Origin: Vicugna vicugna
Taxonomy: Eukaryota
DNA length: 64,000 nucleotides
NCBI GenBank assembly: GCA_013265495.1
Contig: MU057711.1
Location: 1,674,001-1,738,000, forward strand
Direction of reading: 5' to 3'
Position numbers and translations under genes: made by a program. The notes beneath the pieces were generated by a model. That model searched no databases. It had not been told where the DNA came from and saw nothing but the letters and a program-made list of their open reading frames with translations. Numbering within the stretch: position 1 is the stretch's first letter; every line of letters starts with the position of its first letter. Positions 26,490 to 38,944 of the stretch are shown piece by piece.

Positions 26490-26790
26490 CAAAGCTGCCA
26501 ACTGGTTGCTCACAGGCTGGATCTGGCCTGTAACTGAGTTTTGTTTGGCATGAGCAGAGTTTTAAAAAAATATTTTTAAATGAGCTTCCAACACTTCAAA
26601 GTTGGAATAGTTCACATTTTAAAAGAAAGATTTTAGCTTTGCTCGAAACATGAGAAGCTCTGGTTGTTCCAGGCCTGCATTCCCATGTCACCAGTCAGCT
26701 GCCAGCTACAGACCTGCCACGGCTGCCACAGTCCTCATCGCTCCCTGTCACTTCACTAACACAGATCTGGTGTCGGTTGCATTTGTCATC
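26490..26790 (+). mobile_element. Ancient hAT-type DNA transposon relic (MamRep-like); related pieces at ~33570-33700 and ~51720-51900
   Basis: Shared blocks GGATCTGGCC..., TTTTCTTGAAAAATTAGAAGATCTGGCAA-like and GGCCTGCATTCCC recur at the three loci. The family name is uncertain. Confidence 0.5.
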
Positions 26791-26879
26791 ACACTGGCGC
26801 CTGGCTCACCTCTGTCTTGATCATCACCTGGAGCCATGGGTGTTGGAATCTGTGATCCCTGCTTGTTGCAGTGAATGAG

Positions 26880-27265
26880 ATACAGAGAAGCCAACCCATT
26901 CCTGCCTCAGGGCCTTTGCACTTGCTGGTCCCTCGACCCAGAATGCTCTTCTCCAGGATGGCCACACAAGTATGCTCTCTCTCATTCAGATCTCTGCTCC
27001 AGTTGTCAGAGAAGCCATCCTTACCCACTCCCACCATTCCTGCCTTTGCCGTGCCCTGCTTTGTCCTTCATGGCTCTTATTTCCTCCGCAGACATAATAC
27101 ATCCACCATTTATTTGCTTTTTGTCTCCACCACACCCATCCCACCAATAGAACGCCAGCTCCATGAGAAGAATGATTTTGTGATTTTATTTGTTGTCTTG
27201 TCCTCAGCCCCTGGATAAGACTTGGCACTTGGTAGGTGCTCAATAAATATTTTTGAATGAATGAA
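26880..27265 (+). mobile_element. L2 (L2a-like) 3' end
   Basis: CCTGCCTCAGGGCCTTTGCACTTGCTG ... AGCTCCATGAG ... TGGCACTTGGTAGGTGCTCAATAAATATTTTTGAATGAATGAA. Confidence 0.9.
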
Positions 27266-29814
27266 AAGGAAGAGAGGGAGAATGCAAGGCGGACCATGAA
27301 GAGCTTCGAACGACAATCCGAGGAGCAGGACCAGGGTGGCCACTGTGGGCGATAGCAGCAGTGCAGCAGGGTTGGGTTGGCAGTCTCAAAGATCTTCTCT
27401 AGAACCTGCCTTTCAGGCACTTTTATGTGGCCTTTGAGGGAGCTGCATTTCCACAACAGTCACATGATCTCTATAACAAGAGTCACTGTGTAGCCAGCAT
27501 CTTGGGGAGGCGAAGGCCATGGCCTCTGCCTTCCGGGGGCTTTGGTGTAACTGGGGAACAGAATAAGGCAAAGGATACAACAAGGGTGGAAGGGAGGGGA
27601 GAGGGGAGAGAGAGAACTCCATTAGACTGCAGTCTCTGTGAGGGCAGGATCCCTTAAATAATCCAACAAAGATTTGTTGAGCACCTACTATGTGCCAGGA
27701 CTCTACCTTAGTAGAGTTCAGCCTGGTGATGGGACAGGCATTTGTGCCACAAACACACATGTAACTGAATATAAGCTGATGGAGGCTTTGAGTAAGGAAA
27801 GAGGCTTTGAGGGTGTCTACCATGCTTCTCATTGTTTGAGCACACAGTAGGTGCTCATATCTGTTTAAATGAATGCAGGACTCTCCTGTGGGGCAGCTGA
27901 GAGGGTTAAGACCATGGAGACCTTGAGGAAGTTTGCTTGAAGGAGGTGGAGGCGAGAAGTGAAGGAGCAGGGTGGATGGCACCCCAGGAATGAAAGGTTT
28001 GCTGTTTCCTGAATGCAGCACCACACTGGATGCTGGGTACTGGGCCCTGGTCAGGGCTCTCCTTGGGAGAAGAAAGAGGCTTCTTCTCCTTTTTCAGGAA
28101 TGTGCACCGCCCCTACCCCCACCCCGGGTGGGCCAGGAGCCACTCAGTCTGCCATTTTGATGCTCTCGGCAGGACCAGGATGCTGTAAACACCCATACGC
28201 GACTCTCCTGCAGGGTCTCCGGGTTGCCAGCAATCACGGCCATCTGCTCGCATGGCATCGGGCCCAAGCCCAGCGCCCAGGGAACCGTGCCAGGCAGCGA
28301 TTGGTTCTGAGGCGTGCCCCTTAAACCGGGCGGGGGGCCTCCTCTTCTGAGGGGCCCTGGGGGAGCAGAAGAACAAAAGACAGATTTCTCTTTCCTTAAA
28401 AAAAAAAGATCAATTTCACTTAAGACTCAGCACAAAACGAGGAGCAGGGGAGGAAACAGAGAAGAGTGTCTATGGGGTCCTGAATATTCACAAGCTGCCT
28501 CCACACAGCCCAGAGTCCTGGGTGATGGGGGAGTCACTGAGGGCACACTCTATATTTAAAACATCCTTTGAAAGTCACAGTTTCTTCCTGGAGGCACCCC
28601 CTTCTCCAGCTGTTCCCAGGGCTCAGCCACAGCACGGCACCCAGAGCAGGGAGGCCAGTGGAGCAGCTACAGACAGCACTGAACTAGGGACCAGGATCTG
28701 GCCCATTTGGGAGCCGTGTGGCTTTGGCAGTGCACTTAGCCTCTCTGAGTCCCCCTTAAAACAAAGGCGATTGGGAGGGTTGTGCAGATTAGATAGGACG
28801 AGAGACATGGTTGCATGTTTCTCCAGGGCAAGGAAAGGCCCCAGTAGCGGGAGGTCACTAGGCGCTCTGCATGTCTCTCTCACGTGTGCACACAGTTGTG
28901 TGTCTAGTGAGCTCAGATCTCTCTGCATCTCTGTGGGCAAGCATGCAATTGACCGTGTTCCTGGGTGGGCCCATCTGTGTCTGTATGTGACACTCCAGAA
29001 AACCATATGAGTGTGTCTTGGCTCTTGCCCACATATGTGCCTGTGGGTACACGTATGGAGGTTTGAGTGGGTACCAGTGGATGTGTGTGTACACGAAGGG
29101 AGTCAGCCCCCGACCCTGGGATTTCCGCCTTTGGGAGCCAGGCCATCGGCGGCAGACAGGAGCTGGCTTCTAGTGAGGATCTGGACCAAGGGTTCTCTTC
29201 CAGCCCCTCTCCTCTCTGGGTGGGCCTGACTCGAGCAGGCAGAGGCCACATCACTTCCTTGATGGCTTATCCTCAGCCTAACCCACCCATTTTCCAGCTG
29301 GCACGTGCTAGGGGCTGGTACATGTTTCAAAATTCACATTGGAAAGGGACAGGTCAGGGGAAATCACACTGGACACCCCAGCACCAAATGAGCCTGGGTC
29401 AGGGGCCCTGGGATTCTCCAGGTGGGCAACCTGCACAGAGGGGGCTGCCCGGGCCCTGAGCCAAGTGGCAGCCCTATCCCTGCTCTCCCGGGAGCAGGCG
29501 CCCAAAGGGAGGTCTGAATAAGAGTAGTGGCGAGGAGGAGGCCATGCTGCCAACAGTTTATCAAGTTCTCCCATGCAATAACCCACTCCTTCCTGGCCTC
29601 CCTGCCAGGCCATGGTGAAGATCAACTCTGTTTCACAGATGGGAATTGAGGCTCACTGTGATTGCACTGTGATGTCACTGGCACTGGATCCAAAACTTCA
29701 CCTTCAGCAGGTAAGTGGGCGTGACCCAACTCAGCTTTGTGGGGAAGAACCACACCTGCAGGGGGCGGCTTAACTGCTGGGCCAGGTGACTGCTTGTGTT
29801 TCTGTGTAGCACTG

Positions 29815-29960
29815 CTTTAAGGGCCTACTTCATCCTCCCAACAACCCCATAAGGTAAGTACTCCCATTCTCTCTCTTTTACCCATGAGGACACTGAGCAC
29901 ACAGAGGTGAAGAAATTTGCACCAAGTCACATAGCTAGCAAGTGGTACCCATGCAGGTGT
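29815..29960 (-). mobile_element. MIR fragment
   Basis: CATCCTCCCAACAACCCCATAAGGTAAG ... CCCATGAGGACACTGAGCACACAGAGGTGAAGAAATTTGCACCAAGTCACATAGCTAG. Confidence 0.8.
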
Positions 29961-30529
29961 CCTGTAGCTACCAGAATGGGCTGCCGCCTGTGGAGGCCAG
30001 GGGAGGTCACAGATCCACTTAAAAGAAAACAGAAAGAGGAAGATGAAAGGGCTTCTTGCCTCCTCTCTCCAGGAAAAGTGAGCAAGGTGGCCATTCTGCT
30101 GGACAGGGGGGCTCCCCACTATCTGGATGCACTATCTCTGTCCCTAAGTCCCAGGTGGGAATTCCACCCCACCAGGAGCAGGAGGAGACAAGGGACTTCC
30201 AAGCCACAGACAGCCTGGGAGTCTCCCAGGATCACTGTCCCACCTCATCCTCCCTCAAGGCCTAACCCTTGTGGCCAAGGGTTCCTCCACTCCAGAGTCC
30301 TGGGCAAGGAGGTAGCTGGAGGAGGAGGGTGGGACCAAGGCAGGCATCCAGCCCCCGTCCCCCAGCCCTCCACAGCTGCCTCTGCCACCACTGAGCCCGC
30401 GCTGGATTATTCAATGTAACATTTAATTACACCAAGAGTCTAACGAACACAAGGAAAGTCAGATGTGGAACTCGCACCCCCCACTGAGCCTCCTGGAAAC
30501 CATGGGGGAAGGCAGAGTTGCTCCATATG

Positions 30530-30700
30530 CCGCTGTGTGGGTGTGTGTAGTGTATGCACGTGTGTGTGCTGGGGATATGTCTCTGTGTGTGCACGTGCAT
30601 TTATGTGTGTGTGTGTGTGTCTGTGTGTGTGTCTGTGTCTGGGCCGTGCGTGTCTGTGTGGGCCTCTGTGTATCTCTGTTTGCTGTCTGTGTTTGTCATG
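30530..30700. repeat. Degenerate (TG)n / (TCTG)n microsatellite
   Basis: GT-rich repeat with a purer core at ~30604-30640. Confidence 0.9.
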
Positions 30701-31744
30701 CTGCTCAAAGCAGTTTTTCCTCTAATGATAAATAATGGTTTTCAGGCCCCCTGTAAGGGTGGATTGGCCAAAACCCTCTCCTGACATCACATCGCTGTAC
30801 AACATAGTCCAGCAGGGCCCCATCTTCCTGTGCAGGCCTTCCCAGGAGATCAGGTGTGAGTAGGTGCCTCCCCTTTCCCCTCTTCCCGCTTCCCTTCCTT
30901 CAAGGTTTCTCCCTCAGCACAGGACTAGACTTGGGCAGTCCTCTCTCTGGTCATTTTTTCCTATATGTCCATTCCAGAATGTCACTCTGGATCCTAAGCT
31001 CCTCCACTGATTCCAGGCTTCAGAGCTGGACCACCTGGGACTGAGTTCTGCATCTGCCCCGCCCTGGTGCAGGACCTTAGACGAATCACTTCCCCTTGCC
31101 CAGCCTGCCTTCCCGCATGGTGAGATGACGCATATTAAGTGTGCGCTGTGCTGCATAGTGCAGCCAGGGGAGCTCCGTCACAACGGGAAGGCAGCACAGG
31201 AGGCCGCCCCGAGCCTTACCTGGGTGGCACGATCAGCTAGCGGAGAGAAGGGTGCATATTCTCCCAAACTGACCTCAGGGAATAGCTCTCGAAAGATGAC
31301 ATCAGAGTGTGGTGCCTCCTGGACTGCAAGACCAGGCTGGGCCAAGGTCAGCTGAGAATTTCCCAGACACCTGGGCAAAACCGCTGATGCAAACTGGGGC
31401 AGGCTTCTCGGTGCTGGACCTGGCACGGGCTCCCTCTGGTCAGTCCCAGGCCAACTCTCTCTCTCCCTCGCTGTTCTTTTATTCTTCCTCCCTTTGTTTC
31501 CCCACCAAAATCTTCTAACCCAAGAACCAACTTACCAAATGAAATCCAATCTGCTCAGTTAACAAATTTCGGAATTATTATATACTCAGGCAGAGGCACA
31601 AAGACCTACATATAAAATGTTCATTGCAGCTTTGTTTATAACACAAAGGCTGGACACAATGTAAATACTCCATAACAGGCAATAGGTTCAATCAAGTATG
31701 ACTCATTTATCTAAGGGGATCCCTTGTGGCCATTATGAAAGAAG

Positions 31745-33570
31745 AATATCTGGAGGGGTTTCCACTTACAGGAAGGTGAAACGGACATCCTTTCCCCATT
31801 TCTCACCATAAGTTCAACTAAAAACCCTGAACATTTATGTATTCAAAGAAATATGAAGACTCAGAAAGGCGAAGAAGGCAGATTGGCTAGGGACAGGACC
31901 CAACAAACAGCAGGATGGTAAATTCACTGGGTTTCTTCGAAACACCAATGGGCACAGACAAAAAAATGCCCCCAACAAAAGCCTGACTTTTCCAGCCATA
32001 GAATCAGTAAAGGGGCAGCCTACCAAGGCAGAAAACTTTTAGGCAGTAACCACCCTACCCAGCCAAGCACCACAGAAAAGACTGGGGCTCCACCCCCACA
32101 ATCTAGAGACTCTAGACCTCCATCCTTGTCAGTCTGCAATAACACTCGCCAGTGCTAGCTGCCCTGGTAGGGAACCAGAGAAGCCAAGTAGGAAGATGGA
32201 TTTTCATCCTTGCAGATCAGTAACAAAGACCTAGCCCACAGTGCCAGGGGAGCCTGGACTTCCACGCCCCAGCCAGCAGTAGTGAGGCATTTCACTCCCT
32301 CCCTGCCCACTGGGGTGGTATCAGAGGAGGCTTAATAAAGAGGCAGGACTTGTGCCCCTGCCCAGTGGCAACAAGGACACCTGCCCCTCTGTGGGGTCAG
32401 TGGACTACACAGGAAGCAGTAACGAGGCACTCCAACCCTTCCCATTCAGGGAGGTACCATTGGAAACCTAGTGCGGAGTCAGAACTCCACCTCCACCCAG
32501 CTGTAATAAGGAGCCCCACTCCTCCGATGTCAATAGAGGCCAAGTGGAGAACTTGAAATTCCACTCCCACCCGGTATTAATGAGGAAGTGGCCCCCCCAC
32601 CACCACCACCTTCCCCTGCTGAGGCAGTATCAGAGGAAGACAGCTAAAAAAAAGTTTAAATAATGCCCAGAGTCTCATTACATAATATACAAGATGTGAA
32701 AGTTTCAATAAAGAATAAGTTGTCTTACCAGGAACCGGGAGGATATCAAACAGAATGAAAAATGACAATCAATAGCAGATTGAGATGACAGAGATGTTAG
32801 AATCATCTGACAAAGATTTTGAAGCGGCCATCATAAACATGCCTTAATGAGCAGTTACAAACCTGCTTGAAACAAATGGGAAAAAAAACAATAGAAAGTC
32901 TCAGCAAAGAAATAGAAGAAACAAAGAAGAACCAAGTGGAAATTTTAGAACTGAAAAAAAAACAGTAAGTGAAATAAAACACAGTTAATGGGCTCAACAG
33001 CAGAATGGAAGGGACAGGGAGAAAAAATCAGTGAACTAGAAGATAGAATAATAGAAATTATTCAATCTGAACAAAAGAGAACAAATAAGCTGAAAAAAAA
33101 AAACAAGTTCTTAGGGATCCATGGGACTATAACAAACAAACAAACAAATCTAACAGTAGTGTAAGCAGAATCTTGGAAAAGGAGGAGAAAAAAAGGAGGG
33201 CCAAAAAAGTCCCAGATTTTAGAAACAGAGCACACTTCAAACAGTATAAACCTAAAGAAATCCACACCAAGAAACATCATAATCAAATTTTTAAAAACTA
33301 AAGACAGAGGAAAAATCTGGAAAACAGACAGAGAGAGAGAGAAATGATATCTTTCCCAGACGGGGAAAATGATTTGAATAAAAAGGTGATTTCTCATCAG
33401 AAATGATAAAGACCAGAAGGAAGTGGCACAACGTTTTTCAAGTGCTGAAAGAAAAGGACTGTCAACCCATCATCGTATATCCAGTGAAAATATTGTTCAG
33501 GAATGAAGGGAAACCAAGATAGTCTCAGATAAAGGAAAAATAAGAGAATTTGTAATTATCAGCACTAAAA
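31745..33570 (+). mobile_element. Old LINE-1 5'UTR (with tandem monomers) plus ORF1 relic; ORF2 and 3' end absent
   Basis: Repeated CCACCC..CAGTAA(T/C)GAGG monomers at ~32230-32640. A-rich ORF1-like text at ~32780-33560 (CTCAGCAAAGAAATAGAAG, GGAAATTTTAGAACTGAAAA, GTGCTGAAAGAAAAGGACTGTCAACCC). Confidence 0.8.
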
Positions 33571-34049
33571 ATTTGGGACTTTCCACAATAAAACCTGAAT
33601 ATTTTTTTCTTGAAAAATTAGAAGATCTGGCAATCTGGATCTGCATTCTCTCAGGGCAGCAGGGGGCTGGACCTCCTTGAGATGAGCATTTACTGCCCAG
33701 CCACCACATCCAACCCCCTCTTCCTGAGTCTGCTTCACTCATCCACCTGCCTGCCTGCTCCATCCTCCCTGAGTCTTGGCTCCTGCTGCAGGCTCTCTGT
33801 CCTCATTCAATAACTATGTATTGAGCACTTAACTAGACGCAAGACAGTGATTTCACAGGGAAGGGTGGAAGGGAAACTCTTCACTCCAACTGATCCTATC
33901 AGAACCACTTTGCTGGTGAGGGCAGCAAAGAAGATTAAAAAACACTTTTCTATATTATGACCTAATTTTATATTTACAGACATTTAAAAACCAACTACAA
34001 TTATACTAATAGTAACAACAACAGGACAACTACTGTTGTTCAGTACTTT

Positions 34050-34175
34050 TCATCCATTCATTTATTCAACAAATATTTATTGAGCATCTACTATGTTTTG
34101 GCACTGTTCTAGGTGCTGGGGATACAGCAGAGACAAAAAAAACAACACTCTGCCCTGTTGAAGCTGATGTTCTCC
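34050..34175 (-). mobile_element. L2 3' end
   Basis: CATTCATTTATTCAACAAATATTTATTGAGCATCTACTATGTTTTGGCACTGTTCTAGGTGCTGGGGATACAGC. Confidence 0.9.
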
Positions 34176-34939
34176 CAGGATTCTCATTCCTCCCTCATAG
34201 CAGCCTTTTGGAGGCAGGAGTAGCACAAAGTCCACATTCAGATGGGGAAATCCAGGTGCAGGAGCAGGGGGTGCGGGTTGGGGGTATTGGCCGGTGCTGG
34301 GGGACAGGGGCAGGGGGAATTGCTGAATGGCCTGCCAGAAATCACAATGCTACTCAAAAGAGGAATGGAAACTGACCACAGCTCCTGCAGTCTCCAAGCC
34401 CTGCCTCTAAGCACGACACACATTTCTAGGCAGAAGACGTAGGTGCCTCCCACCCCTACAGAAAGCTCAGTGGGATCTCTGGGGTGTGGCCTTTGACTGT
34501 GAGGATGGGATCAAAGGGCAGGGGATTTGGAAGATGGTGCAGGTTCTGCTAAGAGTTCTGGAGACTGTCAATCTGGGAATCCTTCAAGGGTGGGAGGACA
34601 GGGGTAGAGGGGGTTAAGCTGGTGCCTTCAGGAGCCTCAGAAGGGAGCCCAGAAGCCAGGGGTTTGTTTATCTGCTGGAGACCCTTCCCAGGCCTCCCGG
34701 GAATTCCCAAGTCTTAGGTACTGGGCAGCTGGTCCCTCTTCCCAGTGCCTCAGGCTGGTTTGGCATCTCGGAGGCTACATTGCCCCCTTCCCCTCAGCGT
34801 CAGTTTCCCAAGGTCATGAACTGCGTGGGCTGAGAAGCAGCAGGGTATGGGCCTTTGCAAGGACCTCTCTGTTTTCAGTTCTTTTGGGGCCTGGGGCTGG
34901 GTAGGACCGGAAACTGGGCTTGGCGTTAAACTAGGAGCG

Positions 34940-35460
34940 GCCGGGGCAGGTGTAAATTATGCATAGCTATTTCTGGAAACTTATCAGATTTCTCAAGAGA
35001 GAGAAATTAATTTGCCTGTTTGGGCAAATAACACCAATTTTTTTCCCCTGCTTAAGGTCATTTTGTTAAAATAAAATTGATTAACGTTCTCTTTAAAGTT
35101 TAAGTAGAAACTGCTCAAACATATTTTTATGCACAGAAGCACGCTTTGTGCCCTTCAGTAATTAATAACTCCACAAATAAGTTCACACCGCGCAGCTCAC
35201 GCTCAGCCCGCGGTCCGCAGTAGGCGCCGGGTGGGCGGGGCCGGCTCCGAGTCTGGCCAATCGGGGCTCAGAGAGGGAGGGGGCGGGCCAAGCCGCCGCC
35301 GCCGCAGCTCAGGTGCGAGGCTGGTCTCCTGCCCACCCCTGGTTGTCCCGGACCTGCCGGGTCTCGGCTCCCATCGGGCCACGAGGTCTCTCCAGGCAAA
35401 GGCAGACCCCTGCGGACCAACACCCGCAATCAGCCCCAGTGATGCGAGCATCAGGAGCTA
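34940..35460. promoter_or_regulatory. Candidate promoter/enhancer: AT-rich homeodomain-motif block followed by a small CpG-rich element with GC boxes and CCAAT
   Basis: AAATTAATTT 35004-35013, TAATTAAT 35159-35166, GGGCGGGG 35233-35240, CCAAT 35257-35261, GGGGCGGG 35280-35287, (GCC)n. CpG-dense and free of recognisable repeats. Confidence 0.6.
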
Positions 35461-35494
35461 TCATTTCTGATTAACTCTGCTAAAAAGTGCTTCT

Positions 35495-35885
35495 GGGAGG
35501 GCTGAGAAAAGGGATCTGGAGCCAGACTGCTTGAGTTAGAATTGGAGCGTGGGCAAGGTAGCCGCTCTCTGCCTTGGTTTACTCATCTGTGAGAAGGGGA
35601 TAACAGTACCCACGTGGTAATGTTGTGTGGATTCAAAGACTTAATGTTTGTGCGGTGCTCAGAATAATGCCAGGTGCATAGTGAATGCTCAGATAATGTT
35701 TAATTCCATCATCAGTCTTATCTCATTTCAACTTCACAGCAACCTTGTGAGATAAGCACTATTTATTATTTTTCCCGTTTTACCATTTACAGTGAAAACA
35801 CTAATGCTCAAAGAAGTTAAGTTCCTTGCTTGAGGTCACACAGCTAGTGAGGCTCAAATCCAGGTCTGATATACCTCCACAGCTT
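35495..35885. mobile_element. Two MIRs in opposite orientation
   Basis: Plus: GGATCTGGAGCCAGACTGC...CTTGGTTTACTCATCTGTGAG. Minus: CACAGCAACCTTGTGAGATAAG...TGAGGTCACACAGCTAGT. Confidence 0.8.
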
Positions 35886-36094
35886 GTAGGCTACAAGATG
35901 TCTTTATATATATGATTATCTTCCCCTGGACCCTTTATATTGTCATTTATTCATTTTCTACTCAATTTCTGCATACATTCAGTACATATTTATCTGCTCC
36001 AGGTCATGTGCAGGGTGCTGGTTATACTCAGATTTACTAAGAGTCAGGCTCTGCCCTCAAATAGATTATAGTCGGGGATGGTGGTGAATATGGT

Positions 36095-36239
36095 CTGTGG
36101 CAGTAGTCATTAGTACAATTAGCCAAACCTTGCCAGTTATTAATTTTTCCAGGCACAGGGCAGGATTGTATTTCCTGGCTCCTTGTGATGGGGTGAGGCC
36201 ATGTGACAATTGCTGGCCAATGAGTTGTGAGTTGAAGTG

Positions 36240-36282
<43 letters not shown>

Positions 36283-36530
36283 TGTGTGAGACTCCCAGTA
36301 AAGAGCATTAAAATGCCAGTGTGAGACCCTCCCAATTTCTCTGTTTCCCTCTGGCTTGGTTACTGACCAAATTTATGGTCATCTGCTTTCTGAGCCCAAC
36401 TTCCCAATTGACTACAATGAAGGATGATGATGTAAAAGAATGAGAAATAAATCATTATTGTGTTAAGCTACTATAATTTGAGGCCTTTTTGTTTCTGTAC
36501 CATAACCTAGCCTATCCTAACTGATACAGA
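36095..36530 (+). mobile_element. Old MLT1 LTR containing a (TG)19 microsatellite (36241-36278)
   Basis: GAGGCCATGTGACAATTGCTGGCCAATGAG ... GAGAAATAAATC ... CATAACCTAGCCTATCCTAACTGATACA. Confidence 0.75.
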
Positions 36531-36641
36531 GTCCCAAAGACAGTTATAAAAGTGTATAGATGTCCAGTGATAGACTTATGCATCAGCTATTATCAGAACA
36601 TTTTTTCTTTTGGGGTCAGAGTAACTTGCCTGGAGGATGAA

Positions 36642-37032
36642 CAGAGCCATGACTAGGGTGAAATGAATGAAGCACTTGCCTTGTGCCCTGGGCACAAAAT
36701 TTAAATGAATGCTAAAAAAAACTCAGAGTAATGTTTTAATGCAATGGTTTGAAAAAAATTAATGCAAAAAAATCCACGATGAACAAAACAACAAACATTT
36801 TAATAGAGACAGGACCCAATGCTGGATTTGCCTAATTTTGCTTCACTTGCCCCACTCTAATCCAGCCTTTTTCCAATAAAACCAGCAGCCTACTGACTTT
36901 AGTTAGCCAATTTGATTTTTTTAAATATTGCATTAAATATTGTTTATCTTCATTACTGAGCTTTTTGGTTTCCCTCTTAAATGTTGCACCTGAGGTGAGT
37001 GCTTCACTCACCTTACCCAGGTCTTGGCCCTG
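36642..37032. mobile_element. MER96B-like palindromic hAT MITE
   Basis: Long degenerate inverted arms: CAGAGCCATGACTAGGGTGA...CACAAAATTTAA...AAAAAACTCAG...TTTAATGCAAT versus ATTGCATTAAA...CTGAGCTTTTT...TTAAATGTTGCAC...CACCTTACCCAGGTCTTGGCCCTG. Confidence 0.82.
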
Positions 37033-37070
37033 AAAATTAGACACTTGAACTTAGTTTAAAAGTAGGAGTT

Positions 37071-37212
37071 GGGGGGAGGGTATAGCTCAGTAGCAGACTG
37101 TGTGCTTGGCATGCACAAGGTCCTGGTTCAACTCCCAGTATCTCCATTTTTTAAAGAAATAAATACATAAATAAGTAAATACATAAGTAAACCTAATTAC
37201 TTCCCCCCACTG
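37071..37212 (+). mobile_element. tRNA-derived SINE (camelid Vic-1-like)
   Basis: GGGGAGGGTATAGCTCAGTAG...GGTTCAACTCCCAG head and AT-rich tail ending AAACCTAATTACTTCCCCCC, shared with the copy at 51232. Confidence 0.88.
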
Positions 37213-37214
37213 GA

Positions 37215-37273
<59 letters not shown>

Positions 37274-37297
37274 GAAGGAAGGAAGGAAGAAAGAAAG
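37213..37297. repeat. (GAAA)15 + (GGAA)4 compound microsatellite at the SINE tail
   Basis: Read directly from the sequence. Confidence 0.95.
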
Positions 37298-37767
37298 TTA
37301 ACCAGGTAAAAAGGAAGGGAAGGGCATTCCAGGAGGAGGAAAAGCATGGGCTAAGGCATGGAAGAAAGATACAGCCAGGGGTGTGCATGGCAAACTACAC
37401 ACTATTTGGTCCTTCTGGAGAGAGACCAAGTAAGACAGAGTTGTAAATGTTCGGCTTTTGTCAAGTAGCGGGAGTTTTCTCTCATTCTCAAAATCTGAGG
37501 ATGCTCACTCTCCTGGCAAGCCTGAGTGAGCCAAAATCAACTGTAAATTGTAAAAAATAGTGACCCTGTAAACTTACTTTGATAACTAACAAGCATTTGG
37601 GTGACAAATCTTTTGACGGTGCCTCTCTCTTTTCCAAAGGCAAGGTCCAACACATCAAGGCTAAGGTGGACAACCTCAGTTTGTTCATTTCCTAAGCTGA
37701 GGTCCTGGATGGCACCTGTTAACTACTAGGTTTTGCCTTAGGAGGAGAGTAGGGGCCTTTTCAGTTC

Positions 37768-38170
37768 TGTGGTAGATAAGTTATATAAATGACCCCAATT
37801 CCCCATCCCTCCCTGAATCCAGCCCTTGGTACTGGGATTTTGCAGTTCTTCCCAGGAGTAGGTATATTTCCCTGCCCTTGAGTTGCCCTTGAGATTGGCC
37901 CTGTGAGCAAACATGATGCACAAGCAGAAGCTTGAAAGTACTTGCACAATTAGGCTCGCTCTGCTCTTGCCCTTGGCCAATGCCAAGAGAAGAACATGTC
38001 AGTCTACCCTGCTAGAGGATGAAACACAAACATTTGGGGTGAAGTGACTCAGTCATTCCAAGTGAGGCTGTCTCAAATTAACCAACAGCCAGACACACAG
38101 CCCAGATCAGCCCAACCCCATGCACTTTGAGCCAAATAGATATCAATTATAGTACATCACCAAAGTAGAT
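37768..38170 (+). mobile_element. MLT1 (G/H-like) LTR relic
   Basis: TGTGGTAGATAAG...TATATTTCCCTGCCCTTGAG...GCAGAAGCTTGAAAGTACTTGCAC...CTGCTAGAGGATGA. Confidence 0.65.
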
Positions 38171-38269
38171 CTCTTAGCCTTCAGATATTTTTAACCATCC
38201 CATACCCTTTCCTTGAACCATCTAAATTTACTCTTATTTGGAAGACATCTATGTATATATCCAATTTGT

Positions 38270-38768
38270 TTTAGATAAGAATTGATTCAATTGTAACAGA
38301 AAAAACCCAAATAATAGTGGCTTGAACAAGGGAGAAGTTTATTTCTCTCTCAAGGTCAAGAAGTCTTTTTGGAAGCAGGATAGAGCTAGTATGCAACTGA
38401 AACTGCTAGAGATCCAAGCTCCTTCTATATTGTTGCTCAACCCTAGATTACATTTCCAGATTATCTCATGGTTCAAAATGGCTTCTGGAGCTCCAGCTAT
38501 TGCATCTATATTCCAGCCATCAAGAAAGGTGGGGGATGAACTCATTTCTTCTCTTAAGGACAATTCTTAGAATTTACATATACCACCTCATTTACAACCC
38601 ACTGGCAGAACCAATTCAACCACCAATAGTAATATGGCCACACCTATCTTCTGGTACAGATAAGGTATATTATCTGACCCTTCTTCTCTCCAAGGTAACA
38701 TATGCTCATATAAAAATCAGAGTTAATTTATTAAGGAAGAGGAGGAAAGCCAGCAGTCTTTCCTACAT
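38270..38768 (-). mobile_element. MLT1 (J-like) LTR relic
   Basis: TGTAACAGAAAAAACCCAAATAATAGTGGCTTGAACAAG...TTTATTTCTCTCTC and CAAAATGGCTTCTGGAGCTCCAGC. Confidence 0.72.
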
Positions 38769-38944
38769 CATATGTCATTTTATTCATAATAATAATTATT
38801 CAATCCATTTGCTTTTCAACAAACAGAAGATGGCCACAGAGGGGAATCAGACACCCAAGTGTAGAAGGCAGGACATTCAAACTATAGTCTCAGTTCTGTC
38901 CTGAATTGTGTGACCTTGGACAAGACTCTGAATTTCTGTCAGCT

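Noticed and set aside
32230..32640. Spaced repeats resembling a CRISPR-like array
   Set aside because: Degenerate monomers of an L1 5'UTR in a mammalian genome; the repeats are not identical and there are no cas genes.
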